A stretch of 64,000 nucleotides of DNA from a virus, in IMG/VR virus record IMGVR_UViG_3300022555_002641, positions 57,683 to 121,682 of that record; one strand, given 5' to 3'. This document shows positions 40,312 to 50,543 of the stretch, in pieces. A model generated the notes under the pieces. That model saw only the letters and a list, made by a program, of their open reading frames with translations. It did no database searches and was not told where the DNA came from. Each line of letters starts with the position of its first letter. Position 1 is the first letter of the stretch. The translations under genes and the position numbers were made by a program.

Positions 40312-41436
40312 ATGGAAAATCAAACAACTCAAATTCCTGAAGGATTAAAAGCACTGCCTATTTTTCAGGTCATCGGTGACTCACTTCCTAAAACCCCTGA
40401 GGGTAAGAAGACTGTTGCCAAAGTGGTAGCTGTGGTAATTGGGGTCGCTATTGCCGCACTCTTCATTAAAAATATCGACATGATCAACTCATGGTTGGGT
40501 AAATTTGTCGAATTCTCATCAATTCTGCTTTTGCTTGGTGTTCTTGCAGTTGTAGGAATCGTATTCATTGCCCGTTTTCCGCAGATCGTAAGCATGTTGG
40601 ATAATATGGTAAAGGTTAGACTGTTCGGTGCAGAAAAGGGATTTGTAAGGCGTAATTTTATGAATCAGCTCAGTGTTCTGCTTGCCGATGCTAAAGATGC
40701 TCTGAAAAAGGTACGAGATAAAATTACCGAAGTTGTTGGTTCAAAACTTATGCTGGATCAGAAAGCATCAGAAAAAGGAAAACTTAAGGAACAGAAGTGG
40801 GAAACTGTTAAGCGTATTAACACTGAAGTTCAGCAAATGTCCAAAGAACTTGAGGATTTGAAAAAGAAAGCTGAAACAAATGCCGCCCTCGGTGAAAAAG
40901 TATCTGCCAAGTCACGTGAAATCAAGGAAGCTTTGAATACTGCATCCTTACGCACCGCTGAAGCAAATGCTGCCTCTGATGGAGAAAAACTGTATATCCA
41001 GTGTTCAAACCAGATTGCCAAGGTTATCGAAATCCTTAAGGACAACGAAAGTGCTGCCAAGATTTATGTTGGTGCCATCACAAGTTCCGTCCAGATTATT
41101 CAGGACAAAGTTGCCATCACCACCGATATTAACAAGGCAACCCAGAACCTTGCCGAAGTGTTCAACATTTCTGAAGGATGGAAATTCCTTGAATGTATGG
41201 ATGCCGCCAATTTCACGATCAGCAATAATATTGCTAACATTCGTGAAAACTTACAGTTCGTTGAAGATAATCGTGGAGCCATTGCTGGTACTATGACTGC
41301 TGAAGAGCTCAACCAACTTACCGCAAAACTTGATGCTGGAAACGGAATGACAGCATTGAATGTATCACAGTTGACTGATGCAAGCTATGAGCTCCAGCCT
41401 GATCAGATTGCAGATAAAACATTGAAGATTTTTTAA
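40312..41436 (+). CDS. Two-TM membrane protein with long coiled coil
   Basis: Two TM helices then about 250 aa helical. Confidence 0.75.
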   Translation: MENQTTQIPEGLKALPIFQVIGDSLPKTPEGKKTVAKVVAVVIGVAIAALFIKNIDMINSWLGKFVEFSSILLLLGVLAVVGIVFIARFPQIVSMLDNMVKVRLFGAEKGFVRRNFMNQLSVLLADAKDALKKVRDKITEVVGSKLMLDQKASEKGKLKEQKWETVKRINTEVQQMSKELEDLKKKAETNAALGEKVSAKSREIKEALNTASLRTAEANAASDGEKLYIQCSNQIAKVIEILKDNESAAKIYVGAITSSVQIIQDKVAITTDINKATQNLAEVFNISEGWKFLECMDAANFTISNNIANIRENLQFVEDNRGAIAGTMTAEELNQLTAKLDAGNGMTALNVSQLTDASYELQPDQIADKTLKIF

Positions 41437-41532
41437 TTTTTTCGGAAGTGGGTGCTGATTTTTCAGCACCCACAACCAAACCAATCTTACCAATTAAACC
41501 AATCAATTAGTATTAACTTAAATTTAACAAAC

Positions 41533-43458
41533 ATGAACACAACTCCGAATGCAAATGCAAATCCTACCAAGGTAGGTCTGTGGGCTGGAATGCAGCCTAA
41601 GCTGAAATCAAGAATCAAGTACACCTTTTTGGCTATTCTGTTCCTCGGTGGACTCTATGTAGCCTACACTCAGGGGTGGATTCCAGGTCTGAAATCAGAC
41701 AAATCGAAGGAAGTTGCCAAATTTAGCTCTGACAACTCAGGGCTTAACACCAACACCGAAGCCACCAAACTGGCTGTGCCAAAAGTACAGGATGCAGAAT
41801 TTGCAACCATGGACAATATCAAGGAAACACGTTTGATCAACTATATCTGGGCTGGTAACCTCGGAATGGGTGCTGCTAATGACGGCCCGCAGACCATGAA
41901 AGGTTCACTTATGGAACAGTTCGGTGTTAAGCTGCACATGATCACCAATAACTCCAATCAGTTTATGAAAGACCAGTTGCTGGCATTTATTCAGGCATAT
42001 GCAAAGGGTGATAAAAATCCGTCAGTTGGTGCACCGCTTATTACTGTAATGGGTGATGGTAATCCAGCACTTTTCTCGGTCATGAATAAAAACATTGTCA
42101 AAACATTTGGCGAAGAATACAGACTGAAAGCTGTTGGGGTAATCGGATTTTCAATGGGTGAAGACTGCCTGATGGGTCCTGCCGCATGGCTTACCACACC
42201 ATCTCTTATGAGGGGTGCCATTATTTCAGGTGTCATCGGTGATGGTGACTGGGGGCTTGGTGTACGTTTTCTTGCAGATATTTCAGATGAAAAAGGTAAC
42301 CGTATTCCTGTAAATCCAGATCCTTCAACCTACGACCCGAATGCCCTTAACTTCGTACCAGCTCCTAATGACGATTTCATGGAAGCTGCCAATGATGTTA
42401 TTACTGGTAAACCAGCAAAAGACCTCAAAATAAAAGATTCCAAAGGTAAACTTACTGGCAAGACTATCACCCGCAAAATTGATGGATGCGTAACATGGTT
42501 TCCTGGTGACCGCAACGTGGTAAAAAATCTCAACCTTGTTAAGATTATCAGCACCAAGCAGTACCCGAACCAGATGGGAACAACTATCGTAGGCTGTGAT
42601 AAATGGATGAAAGAAAACTCCAAGACTATGGTCGGATTGCTTTCTGCTACATACGTTGCCTGTAACCAGATTAAAAATTATGATGAATGGTTCCGTTATG
42701 CATGCGAAGTTGCTCCTAAAATTTTCTATCCTGGATCGGTCTCCCCAGATATTTCTGCCGATGACTGGTATCGTTATGCCAAAGCTGGTGGTGCCGAAAT
42801 GAAAAATACTGATGGAACTTCTGTTCTGGTTGGCGGAACTCAGATGGCAAACCTTGCAGACGCAAAGAAGTATTATGGTCTTACTGGAGGAAACGACTAT
42901 TACAAAGCCGTATACGAATACTTTGCTCAGGTTATTAAAGACCTTAACCCATGCGACATTATGGGTCAGGCTAAGACACTTACTGCATATGAAGATGTTG
43001 TTGACCCGACATATCTGAAACAGGTTGCCATCGGTGGAGAATCTGGAAAAGTTGCTCCTATTGATTATTCTAAAAACACTGGTCACCAGTTTGCCAAGAA
43101 AATCTGGCACGTTGAATTCGAAGTGGGCTCAGCTAATCTTACTGGAGCATCCAAAGTTGAACTCAAAAAACTGTATGATGCCCTTAAAAACTGGAACGAA
43201 GGTGCTGTATGTAATATTGTTGGACACACTGACAATACTGGGAAACCTGATGGCCCAGGCGGTAATGTGGACTTATCAGTAGAAAGGGCACGTTCTGTTA
43301 AGAATTATCTTATCAACCTGTCAGGTGGTACATTTCCATCAGAACGGTTCCATGTTGACGGAAAAGGACAAACCAGTCCAATTGATCCAAATGCTAACCA
43401 GAACTCACAAGCCGCACGTAAAGCAAACCGTAGGGTTGAAATCAGTCTCTCCGAATAA
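41533..43458 (+). CDS. Membrane-anchored ABC substrate-binding-like domain fused to C-terminal OmpA-like peptidoglycan-binding domain
   Basis: TM near the N-terminus; C-terminal GHTDNTG...LSVERARSV...G.G...P...NRRVEI. Confidence 0.85.
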   Translation: MNTTPNANANPTKVGLWAGMQPKLKSRIKYTFLAILFLGGLYVAYTQGWIPGLKSDKSKEVAKFSSDNSGLNTNTEATKLAVPKVQDAEFATMDNIKETRLINYIWAGNLGMGAANDGPQTMKGSLMEQFGVKLHMITNNSNQFMKDQLLAFIQAYAKGDKNPSVGAPLITVMGDGNPALFSVMNKNIVKTFGEEYRLKAVGVIGFSMGEDCLMGPAAWLTTPSLMRGAIISGVIGDGDWGLGVRFLADISDEKGNRIPVNPDPSTYDPNALNFVPAPNDDFMEAANDVITGKPAKDLKIKDSKGKLTGKTITRKIDGCVTWFPGDRNVVKNLNLVKIISTKQYPNQMGTTIVGCDKWMKENSKTMVGLLSATYVACNQIKNYDEWFRYACEVAPKIFYPGSVSPDISADDWYRYAKAGGAEMKNTDGTSVLVGGTQMANLADAKKYYGLTGGNDYYKAVYEYFAQVIKDLNPCDIMGQAKTLTAYEDVVDPTYLKQVAIGGESGKVAPIDYSKNTGHQFAKKIWHVEFEVGSANLTGASKVELKKLYDALKNWNEGAVCNIVGHTDNTGKPDGPGGNVDLSVERARSVKNYLINLSGGTFPSERFHVDGKGQTSPIDPNANQNSQAARKANRRVEISLSE

Positions 43459-43469
43459 ACTTTCGAATT

Positions 43470-43505
43470 AGAAAGAGGGGGTAACCCACCCCCTCTTTCT
43501 TTTTT
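43470..43505 (+). terminator. Internal hairpin/terminator
   Basis: AGAAAGAGGGG...CCCCTCTTTCT-TTTTT. Confidence 0.7.
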
Positions 43506-43575
43506 ATCTTACCATCAATTATACACCAATCTAATTGCTGGAGCAATCAATTAATTCCACTTAAAAATAGCAAAC

Positions 43576-44385
43576 ATGAACACTATAACAAATTATATGT
43601 CCCCTGCGTGGATATTACTAAAGAGGCTTTTTACACCTTTCGAAGTAATTGATAAAAAGGTTCTGAACACCGTTGCATTTTTACAAGTTATGCTTTTACT
43701 GTATGCTTGGTTTGCGTGGGTTCCAGAAAAATCGTTTTTTCCCAGCCTCGGAGCAGTCCTTGAAGGTTGGTTTGAAATGTGGAACAAAGGTTTATTTTTT
43801 CACATTCTTCAAACATTAAAATTATGCGGTACCGCAACTGTTATCAGTATCTTCTTTTCCTGTTTAGTTGCATATTCATCCAAAATACCGTTTTTCGAAT
43901 TTATTGCCAACTTAGCCACGAAATTTCGTTACAATCCAATCCAAGGATTCACGTTATTTCTAACCACAATGACAGGCGGTGGTAGATCATTACAGATTAC
44001 AATACTTGTTATCTTTATGAGTTTTTATTTCATCACCGCTTTGATGTCAATTATTAATGACATTCCGCCAGATGACTACGACCGCAGAAAAGCTCAGGGT
44101 ATGAGTCGCTGGAAAATTTTGTGGAAAGTCGTTATTCTTGATCGTTTAGATTACTTGCTTGAAGTTATTAGGCAAAACCTTAGTATCACCTTTATGATGA
44201 TTGTTTCTGTCGAAGCTATGAACAAAGAAGGTGGTGGGCTTGGTGCCATGCTCGTTGATACGAACAGAGGTCTTAATTTTCCAAATATTTTTGCCCTTCA
44301 GTTAACAATCCTTTGTATTGGAATTCTTCTTGACACCATTTTAAAAATGTTCTTTCACCAGTTCCCTGCAAACGCTAAACGATAA
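43576..44385 (+). CDS. ABC transporter permease (SsuC/TauC-like)
   Basis: Multiple TMs, EAA-like loop AQGMSRW, GGLG. Confidence 0.8.
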   Translation: MNTITNYMSPAWILLKRLFTPFEVIDKKVLNTVAFLQVMLLLYAWFAWVPEKSFFPSLGAVLEGWFEMWNKGLFFHILQTLKLCGTATVISIFFSCLVAYSSKIPFFEFIANLATKFRYNPIQGFTLFLTTMTGGGRSLQITILVIFMSFYFITALMSIINDIPPDDYDRRKAQGMSRWKILWKVVILDRLDYLLEVIRQNLSITFMMIVSVEAMNKEGGGLGAMLVDTNRGLNFPNIFALQLTILCIGILLDTILKMFFHQFPANAKR

Positions 44386-44390
44386 TTCAT

Positions 44391-45269
44391 ATGATACACG
44401 CACATCCATATAATATTGTAAGACCCCTTATTCAAGCTAATAACGTGTCTTTCTCCGTAAATTCCAACGGATCAAAAAAAATCCTTCTACGGGATATTGG
44501 AACAGAAAAAATGCCATTTCTTATCAATGATATTACTCGCCCAGATGTTACAAATACTGGTCAAACTATTGCAGTTGTTGGTCGATCAGGTGGCGGGAAA
44601 TCAACATTGTTCAGAATGCTTGCTGGTTTAGCAAAACCGACAACAGGTCAAATATTAATCCCTAAACACACGAGGGACCATGATGAACTCGATAAATTAG
44701 TTGAAGTTCAGGAAGGATCGGTTGGATTTGTTCAGCAGAACTATCCACTATCCCGAAACCAGTCAGTTCAAGGGATGCTTTGGGATGCTGCTGTTCAGGG
44801 TAATATTCCTCGTCATGAACGAATGGGTGTTATCGAAAACTACCTTGAAGAGTGGGGATTAAAAGATCAGAGAACTCAGTCCAGAAATCAGCTTTCTGGT
44901 GGTCAGCGTCAACGTCTTGCTATTATGGAGCAATTACTTTGTTCACATCATTTCATTATCTTTGATGAGCCTTTCAGTGGGCTTGACCCAAAGAATGTTG
45001 ATGGATTGAAGAAAGTCTTTAACCAGATTGTAACAGTTGACGAAATCAACACAATCTTATTCAGTACACATGATCTGCACCTTGCTGTTGAATTAGCCGA
45101 CCAAATTTTTGTCATCGGATATGAAAAGGATGATCAAGGAAATTATTTGGCTGGTGGTACAGTAATCAAAGAATATGATCTCAAAACTATGGGGTTGGCT
45201 TGGAACCCTTACGGGGATCAACACCAAGAGCTCAAAGAAGAAATAAAACTTTTAATTGAAACAAATTAG
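44391..45269 (+). CDS. ABC transporter ATP-binding protein
   Basis: GRSGGGKST, LSGGQRQR, FDEPFSGLD, THD. Confidence 0.93.
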   Translation: MIHAHPYNIVRPLIQANNVSFSVNSNGSKKILLRDIGTEKMPFLINDITRPDVTNTGQTIAVVGRSGGGKSTLFRMLAGLAKPTTGQILIPKHTRDHDELDKLVEVQEGSVGFVQQNYPLSRNQSVQGMLWDAAVQGNIPRHERMGVIENYLEEWGLKDQRTQSRNQLSGGQRQRLAIMEQLLCSHHFIIFDEPFSGLDPKNVDGLKKVFNQIVTVDEINTILFSTHDLHLAVELADQIFVIGYEKDDQGNYLAGGTVIKEYDLKTMGLAWNPYGDQHQELKEEIKLLIETN

Positions 45270-45292
45270 TATAAACCTAAATTTATAAAAAT

Positions 45293-45493
45293 ATGAAAAC
45301 ACGATTTATTGTTTGGGCTATAGTACTCTTCGTACTGTTTGCCTTCGGATTTATCTGGCTTATAAACCATGCTTTTGTAGTGATGACATTCGCAACCATC
45401 TTTAAGATTGCTGGGGCATTCATTATCTCTACTGTTATATCTTATTGGATCGGATATATGAGGGGGCATCACAACGCATCCACGAAGGTTTAA
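45293..45493 (+). CDS. Small membrane protein
   Basis: Two TM helices. Confidence 0.65.
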   Translation: MKTRFIVWAIVLFVLFAFGFIWLINHAFVVMTFATIFKIAGAFIISTVISYWIGYMRGHHNASTKV

Positions 45494-45601
45494 AACACCA
45501 GTTTAATGATCATGTTTGCTTAATTGATTGGTTTAAGCAAGGTAGTTCTCCGCCCCGAAAGGGGCGGGGATTACCGAAATTAAGCCACAAAAATATAAAG
45601 A

Positions 45602-45838
45602 ATGAAAAAATTATTGGATAAAGTGTGGTTCAATATGATCGCACTTGGAATTTATGTTCTTGTTATCCCAATGCTCATGGCTTGGGGTATATTTTCATTA
45701 CTACGGCTGATAACAGGAACCCAATTAAATGATTATGGAACAACTGGGATTCTTTTTCAATTTGCAATTTTTGTATCATATGTTATCATCTTTGCGTTTT
45801 TCAAAAAAATTTTTAAAGAACGGAGTGACTTAGCATGA
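45602..45838 (+). CDS. Small membrane protein
   Basis: Two TM helices. Confidence 0.65.
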   Translation: MKKLLDKVWFNMIALGIYVLVIPMLMAWGIFSLLRLITGTQLNDYGTTGILFQFAIFVSYVIIFAFFKKIFKERSDLA

Positions 45839-45920
45839 TAATAGTTAATTCAATATTAGTGCTTATTATTTTTGTTTGCATTTGTGCTTTGCCAAGTGCA
45901 ATACGTAAAGACCTCAGGCG

Positions 45921-46220
45921 ATGACTTTAAAAGAATTTAAGACCGCATTTTCTATAAGATTCAAATTATTTTTCATGCTTTACGTATTGGGCATGCTTGG
46001 ACTTTTCGTATATACGTTAATAGTACCAATCGAAAGAAAAAATTACAAAATTCAATTATATCAAAAATACTATGGTGATCAAACTCTTGTCGGAACATAT
46101 TTCACCAATGATACAATAAACACTATTGCGAGACTTTCAACCGAATATCCAAAAACCACATATAACATTGTGGTGACCAAAAATATAAAAGTTAATTCAA
46201 ATCAATCAATTATTCACTAA
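45921..46220 (+). CDS. Membrane-anchored hypothetical protein
   Basis: One TM helix. Confidence 0.6.
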   Translation: MTLKEFKTAFSIRFKLFFMLYVLGMLGLFVYTLIVPIERKNYKIQLYQKYYGDQTLVGTYFTNDTINTIARLSTEYPKTTYNIVVTKNIKVNSNQSIIH

Positions 46221-46232
46221 ATTTTTAAAACT

Positions 46233-46727
46233 ATGGGAGCACTATTAGCATTAACACTTTTCGGCACCTTTTGGGGTGCATTGATCGGCATTGTCTTATT
46301 TCTGATTATCTGCTGGCTTGCGGATATTTATGAAAATGGATTTTTTGCCACGGCAGCCTTAATTGTAATATGTGTATTATTTTATTACAAAGGCGCAAAT
46401 TTCGCACCGTTTATGTTCATTATATCATGGACATTTGCTGGAACTTATCTCGGCATCGGGTTGGTTTATTCTGTTATCAGGGTATTCTTTGAAGGTCGTA
46501 AACTTGGTAAAAAAATTCAGGATTTACCAAAGGGAAATACATCCCAGAAAGATTACGTCATCGATAAGCTTAGCGGTAATGTATCACGTTGGTGGTTCAT
46601 GTGGCCCATCAGCCTTATCAACTGGGTCTTAACCGATCTTCTGCGTGACTTCTGGGATTATGTCTATTCCAAAATGGGCAATTTCTACAGGAAGGTTCTT
46701 GAACTTGGTATCAAATCCGTAAAATAA
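46233..46727 (+). CDS. Membrane protein
   Basis: Multiple TMs, WWFMWP motif. Confidence 0.7.
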   Translation: MGALLALTLFGTFWGALIGIVLFLIICWLADIYENGFFATAALIVICVLFYYKGANFAPFMFIISWTFAGTYLGIGLVYSVIRVFFEGRKLGKKIQDLPKGNTSQKDYVIDKLSGNVSRWWFMWPISLINWVLTDLLRDFWDYVYSKMGNFYRKVLELGIKSVK

Positions 46728-46734
46728 TCCAGAA

Positions 46735-47064
46735 ATGAAAAAACTATTTATTTTATTTATTATCGGCTTACTTACATCATTTCTTACCAGTTGTGGTAAT
46801 GATAATGAAGATAAAGTAAAATCCATTAACAAGGATGGCGCAATTTCAGTTCAATTATCAGTAAAACACCTTGCAGATAAAGATGTACTGATTTCTGAAT
46901 ATGAAATTTGGAACAAAAATAACCTTGTTAAAAAATATGCAATCTATGATACCGTGCCAAATTTGGGGATGGTTAAATCAGAAATTGATTCAACTGATGC
47001 CAATGAAAATGCAGTTTCAGTTATGGTTCCTAAAGATTATGAATTTTACGTAACACTAAAATAA
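46735..47064 (+). CDS. Lipoprotein
   Basis: FLTSC lipobox. Confidence 0.7.
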   Translation: MKKLFILFIIGLLTSFLTSCGNDNEDKVKSINKDGAISVQLSVKHLADKDVLISEYEIWNKNNLVKKYAIYDTVPNLGMVKSEIDSTDANENAVSVMVPKDYEFYVTLK

Positions 47065-47071
47065 TCATAAG

Positions 47072-47404
47072 ATGAAAAAACCTAACATGAAAACTAAAGT
47101 TATTACTTTGGTGTTGGTTTGTGCAGCCCTTGCTTGTTGCAATAAATCAAAACAACCATATGAAAAACAGCAAACTCTTCACTTAAGAAGTGATACGACT
47201 GCTGAATATTCATATGTACGCCCATATGGTATGTGGTGGTATGCATTCAGACCCTATGGGGTTTATTCTCATGGTCGTTATTCCAGAGGAGGTTTTTATT
47301 CTGCGTCAATTCATGAGTCATCTAATATTGGGCATAGTGCTGGAAAGAGCGCAGCCGTAAGAGGTGGGTTCGGTGGTCGTGGAAGTTTTGGTGTTTCATC
47401 TTAA
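47072..47404 (+). CDS. YgiB/DUF1190-like lipoprotein
   Basis: LACC lipobox, C-terminal VRGGFG; directly precedes a YgiC-like gene. Confidence 0.65.
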   Translation: MKKPNMKTKVITLVLVCAALACCNKSKQPYEKQQTLHLRSDTTAEYSYVRPYGMWWYAFRPYGVYSHGRYSRGGFYSASIHESSNIGHSAGKSAAVRGGFGGRGSFGVSS

Positions 47405-47415
47405 AAATAAAAATT

Positions 47416-48588
47416 ATGCAAAGAATCGTTATATCACCTCGTAAAGATTGGCAAAAAAAAGTTGAGGAAATAGGATTTGGATTTCATACAGCCGATACCC
47501 CATATTGGAATGAAGGTGCCATGTATAAATTTACAATGAACGAAGTCCTCGAAATTGAAAAAGCAACTGGAGAACTTTGGGATATGTGCCTTGGTGCTGT
47601 CCAATATGTCATGGACAATGATCTGTATGATAAGTTTTGTATCCCCAAATGGATAATCCCCCATATTGAAAAATCATGGGAAAATGATAGCCCAGCAATC
47701 TACGGAAGATTTGATTTTTTGCTTAAAGATGGCGTTCCAAAAATGCTTGAATTTAATGCTGATACACCAACATCACTTTTTGAAGGCGGTGTTGTACAAT
47801 GGTACTGGCTTCAGGATTTCGATAAGTCAAAAGATCAATTCAATTCAATTCATGAAAAATTGATTGCTTATTGGAAATATCTTAAACCATATCTGCAACA
47901 TTCTTTGGCAGTGAAACCACATCCGTTATACTTTACGTGTCTTAAGGAAACTCTTGAGGACCTTACAACTACAGAATACTTGCGGGATTGTGCTATTCAG
48001 GCTGGATTGGAAACCAAATTAATCTATATCGATGATATTGGTTGGAACGAAAAGAAAAAGGTTTTCGTTGATCTTGAAAATAATGAAATTTTCAATATTT
48101 TCAAACTCTATCCTTGGGAATTTCTGGTCACTGAAGATTTCGGTAAGCATATTATTGAAGATAAAAATGCAGCATTTTGGATTGAACCAAGTTGGAAAAT
48201 GATTTTATCCAACAAAGCAATTCTTCCAATTTTATGGGAACTTTATTCTGAATGCCCATATTTACTTCCATCTCATTTCGATGAATCTTATCATGTTGAT
48301 TACGTTAAAAAACCAATCCTTTCAAGGGAAGGTGCGAATATTTTAATTGTAAAAGATGGTAAGCAGATTCTTAAAACCGAAGGTCAGTATGCTGAAGGAA
48401 ATGCCGAATTTAACCAAGAGGCTTATATTTATCAGGAGTTTTGCGAAGTTCCAAGCTTTGATGGCAATACTCCAGTGATTGGTAGCTGGGTTATCGGGCA
48501 GCAAGCAGCGGGTATGGGAATACGTGAAACTGCAACTATAGTCACTGACAATTTTAGCAGATTTGTCCCACATATAATTGAAGATTAA
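47416..48588 (+). CDS. Glutathionylspermidine-synthase-like ATP-grasp ligase (YgiC/YjfC family)
   Basis: YW.E, YGRFD, EFNADTPTSL.E, FKLYPWE, EP.WK.ILSNKA, KP.LSREGAN, IGSW, SRFVPH. Confidence 0.93.
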   Translation: MQRIVISPRKDWQKKVEEIGFGFHTADTPYWNEGAMYKFTMNEVLEIEKATGELWDMCLGAVQYVMDNDLYDKFCIPKWIIPHIEKSWENDSPAIYGRFDFLLKDGVPKMLEFNADTPTSLFEGGVVQWYWLQDFDKSKDQFNSIHEKLIAYWKYLKPYLQHSLAVKPHPLYFTCLKETLEDLTTTEYLRDCAIQAGLETKLIYIDDIGWNEKKKVFVDLENNEIFNIFKLYPWEFLVTEDFGKHIIEDKNAAFWIEPSWKMILSNKAILPILWELYSECPYLLPSHFDESYHVDYVKKPILSREGANILIVKDGKQILKTEGQYAEGNAEFNQEAYIYQEFCEVPSFDGNTPVIGSWVIGQQAAGMGIRETATIVTDNFSRFVPHIIED

Positions 48589-48600
48589 CATCAACTTAAC

Positions 48601-48637
48601 AAAAAAAAAGACGACTTTCGGGTCGTCTTTTTTTTTT
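48601..48637. terminator. Bidirectional terminator
   Basis: A-run GACGAC-tttcgg-GTCGTC T-run. Confidence 0.85.
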
Positions 48638-48945
48638 TAATACTGTGGTTGCTCCACTATATCTACAATCACAGATTTTGTCCAATATGGCAAATCATCA
48701 TCGTCATTATATTTAATCGCAATAAAATATACTCCGTTATCATTAATATCTTTTCCAATATTGTAATAATTAATCCCCTGTGCAGCTTTAAACTCAACGG
48801 TTCTTATTTGAACACCAAGTGTATTATATACTTCAATATTAATACATTGTGATTTTTTCGAGTTGAATTGTACCGTTTCAGTCTTAGCACTTACACAAGA
48901 TGTAGTCAGAATTAGTAGTAATAAAAAGATAAATATTTTTCTCAT
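48637..48945 (-). CDS. Exported protein consisting of a T9SS C-terminal-sorting-domain-like module
   Basis: Signal/lipobox LTTSC; INIEVYNTLG...GVYFIAI pattern. Confidence 0.55.
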   Translation of the reverse strand: MRKIFIFLLLLILTTSCVSAKTETVQFNSKKSQCINIEVYNTLGVQIRTVEFKAAQGINYYNIGKDINDNGVYFIAIKYNDDDDLPYWTKSVIVDIVEQPQY

Positions 48946-49050
48946 TAGTATTTTTTTTTATTGTATATATTTAATATTTTAAGCACCTAATTTATTTGCA
49001 TATTTTTTGGATTTTTTATTTAATATATAGAATAAAATAACCCACATAAA

Positions 49051-49248
49051 ATGGAAAGAGAATTAAAAACGTTAAAAAGTTTCGAAAGTTTTGTCGAAGA
49101 GATAACTGAGAAGAAAGACGTTGATTGCAAAGAATGCGGAGACAGTCCATGTACTTGTAAAATTAAGAAAAATAAATCTGGAAAAGATAAATCTGAGAAA
49201 AATAAACCTTGGAAAAAAGGTGTTGATCCTGATGAAGATGATGAATAA
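49051..49248 (+). CDS. Small protein with KSFESF N-terminal motif and CxxC...CxC
   Basis: AATATATA at 49022. Confidence 0.65.
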   Translation: MERELKTLKSFESFVEEITEKKDVDCKECGDSPCTCKIKKNKSGKDKSEKNKPWKKGVDPDEDDE

Positions 49249-49381
49249 TATTAAACAAGCACGTGCACAGGCTTAATTAAGGGTAATAAATTAAATTTTT
49301 ATTACCCTTAATTTTTTTTATTTAAAAATGTTTCATACATTTGTGCTTCTATTAACCATTAGCCATTAATCCAACCTCAAA

Positions 49382-49528
49382 ATGAAAATAAGAGTCGGAA
49401 ATAAACAAAATTCAATTCTCAACGGAGAATGGGCTGGGCATGTTCGTGAGTGGGGGAAAAAACTCACAGCAAAAATTCGCAGGGGGGTTGGAAAAAAAAT
49501 CATAAGCAAAGAATTAAAAGAATTATAA
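49382..49528 (+). CDS. 48-aa basic protein (not in ORF track)
   Basis: MKIRVGNKQNSILNGEWAGHVREWGKKLTAKIRR...; TACATTTG box at 49336. Confidence 0.55.
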   Translation: MKIRVGNKQNSILNGEWAGHVREWGKKLTAKIRRGVGKKIISKELKEL

Positions 49529-49545
49529 TTTAAAACATTTGAATC

Positions 49546-49881
49546 ATGAAGAAAAGACTTTTTATGTATGTGTGCGTGTGTGTGTGCTTATTTTTATTTG
49601 GATGTAACACACAACAACCTCCACCAGCACAACCTATTTCAAATCCGAATGTTGGATCAACTAAATTTGTTGTAACACAAATCGATCCAGTTGATGATTA
49701 TTATTCACTATATTACGTCTCCCGCCCATCTAATGCGAGTGTGGCAAGCTTGACAAATTTAATGTTTACAGATACTATTGAAAAATTCCATGTTGGTGAT
49801 GTGCTGGTTATGGATAAATATCGTTATACCCCACCACGACCACAAGTTCAACAGTCGCAGCCTGACACTGTAAAAAAATGA
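49546..49881 (+). CDS. Lipoprotein
   Basis: LFGC lipobox. Confidence 0.7.
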   Translation: MKKRLFMYVCVCVCLFLFGCNTQQPPPAQPISNPNVGSTKFVVTQIDPVDDYYSLYYVSRPSNASVASLTNLMFTDTIEKFHVGDVLVMDKYRYTPPRPQVQQSQPDTVKK

Positions 49882-49905
49882 CAATTTCCCACTAAAATAT
49901 AATCA

Positions 49906-50502
49906 ATGAAACTCCTGAAAAAAATTGATGGTTTCTTTTTGAAAAACTCTGAAGGAAATTTCTTAACTTGTATGGCATTAAATACACAGATTATTGGTGA
50001 TGCCGAATATTATTTCAATTCACAATCTGATATTTCAATCGAAAATATTGAGATATTTTCCGAAAAGGATATTAATACTTTAAAAAAAGCTGACCAAAAA
50101 TTTTTTGATGAAAATAGTAATACTGAATATTCTATTCACGATTTGATTCCAGTTAAAGCATCAGTTACAATTGAAATTGATGATAAGACAACAAGGGTTG
50201 AAAATGATTTTAATACGATTATTGAAATGTTGGAAAAATCATTAACCCCAGATGAACAAGAAAAAATAGAATATACCCAAGAGCAACCGAAAAAAAATGC
50301 CGAATGGTATAAGAGCCAGTTGAACATTCCTGAAAATATAACATGGAAAAAAGGTTCATATATCTTAAATGAAAAAATAAACACCTATTATATTATTTCG
50401 GATGATGGAAATTATGTTGGGAAATGCCTACATCATAATTCTCAGTCAATGATGGTTTTTGTGCCAGAATCAATCCAAATTTTAAAATTTCATTTTAAAT
50501 AA
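49906..50502 (+). CDS. Hypothetical protein
   Basis: ORF track. Confidence 0.65.
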   Translation: MKLLKKIDGFFLKNSEGNFLTCMALNTQIIGDAEYYFNSQSDISIENIEIFSEKDINTLKKADQKFFDENSNTEYSIHDLIPVKASVTIEIDDKTTRVENDFNTIIEMLEKSLTPDEQEKIEYTQEQPKKNAEWYKSQLNIPENITWKKGSYILNEKINTYYIISDDGNYVGKCLHHNSQSMMVFVPESIQILKFHFK

Positions 50503-50543
50503 ACCTTTTCATGATTTTTTTCTATAATAATAAAAAATATTGT

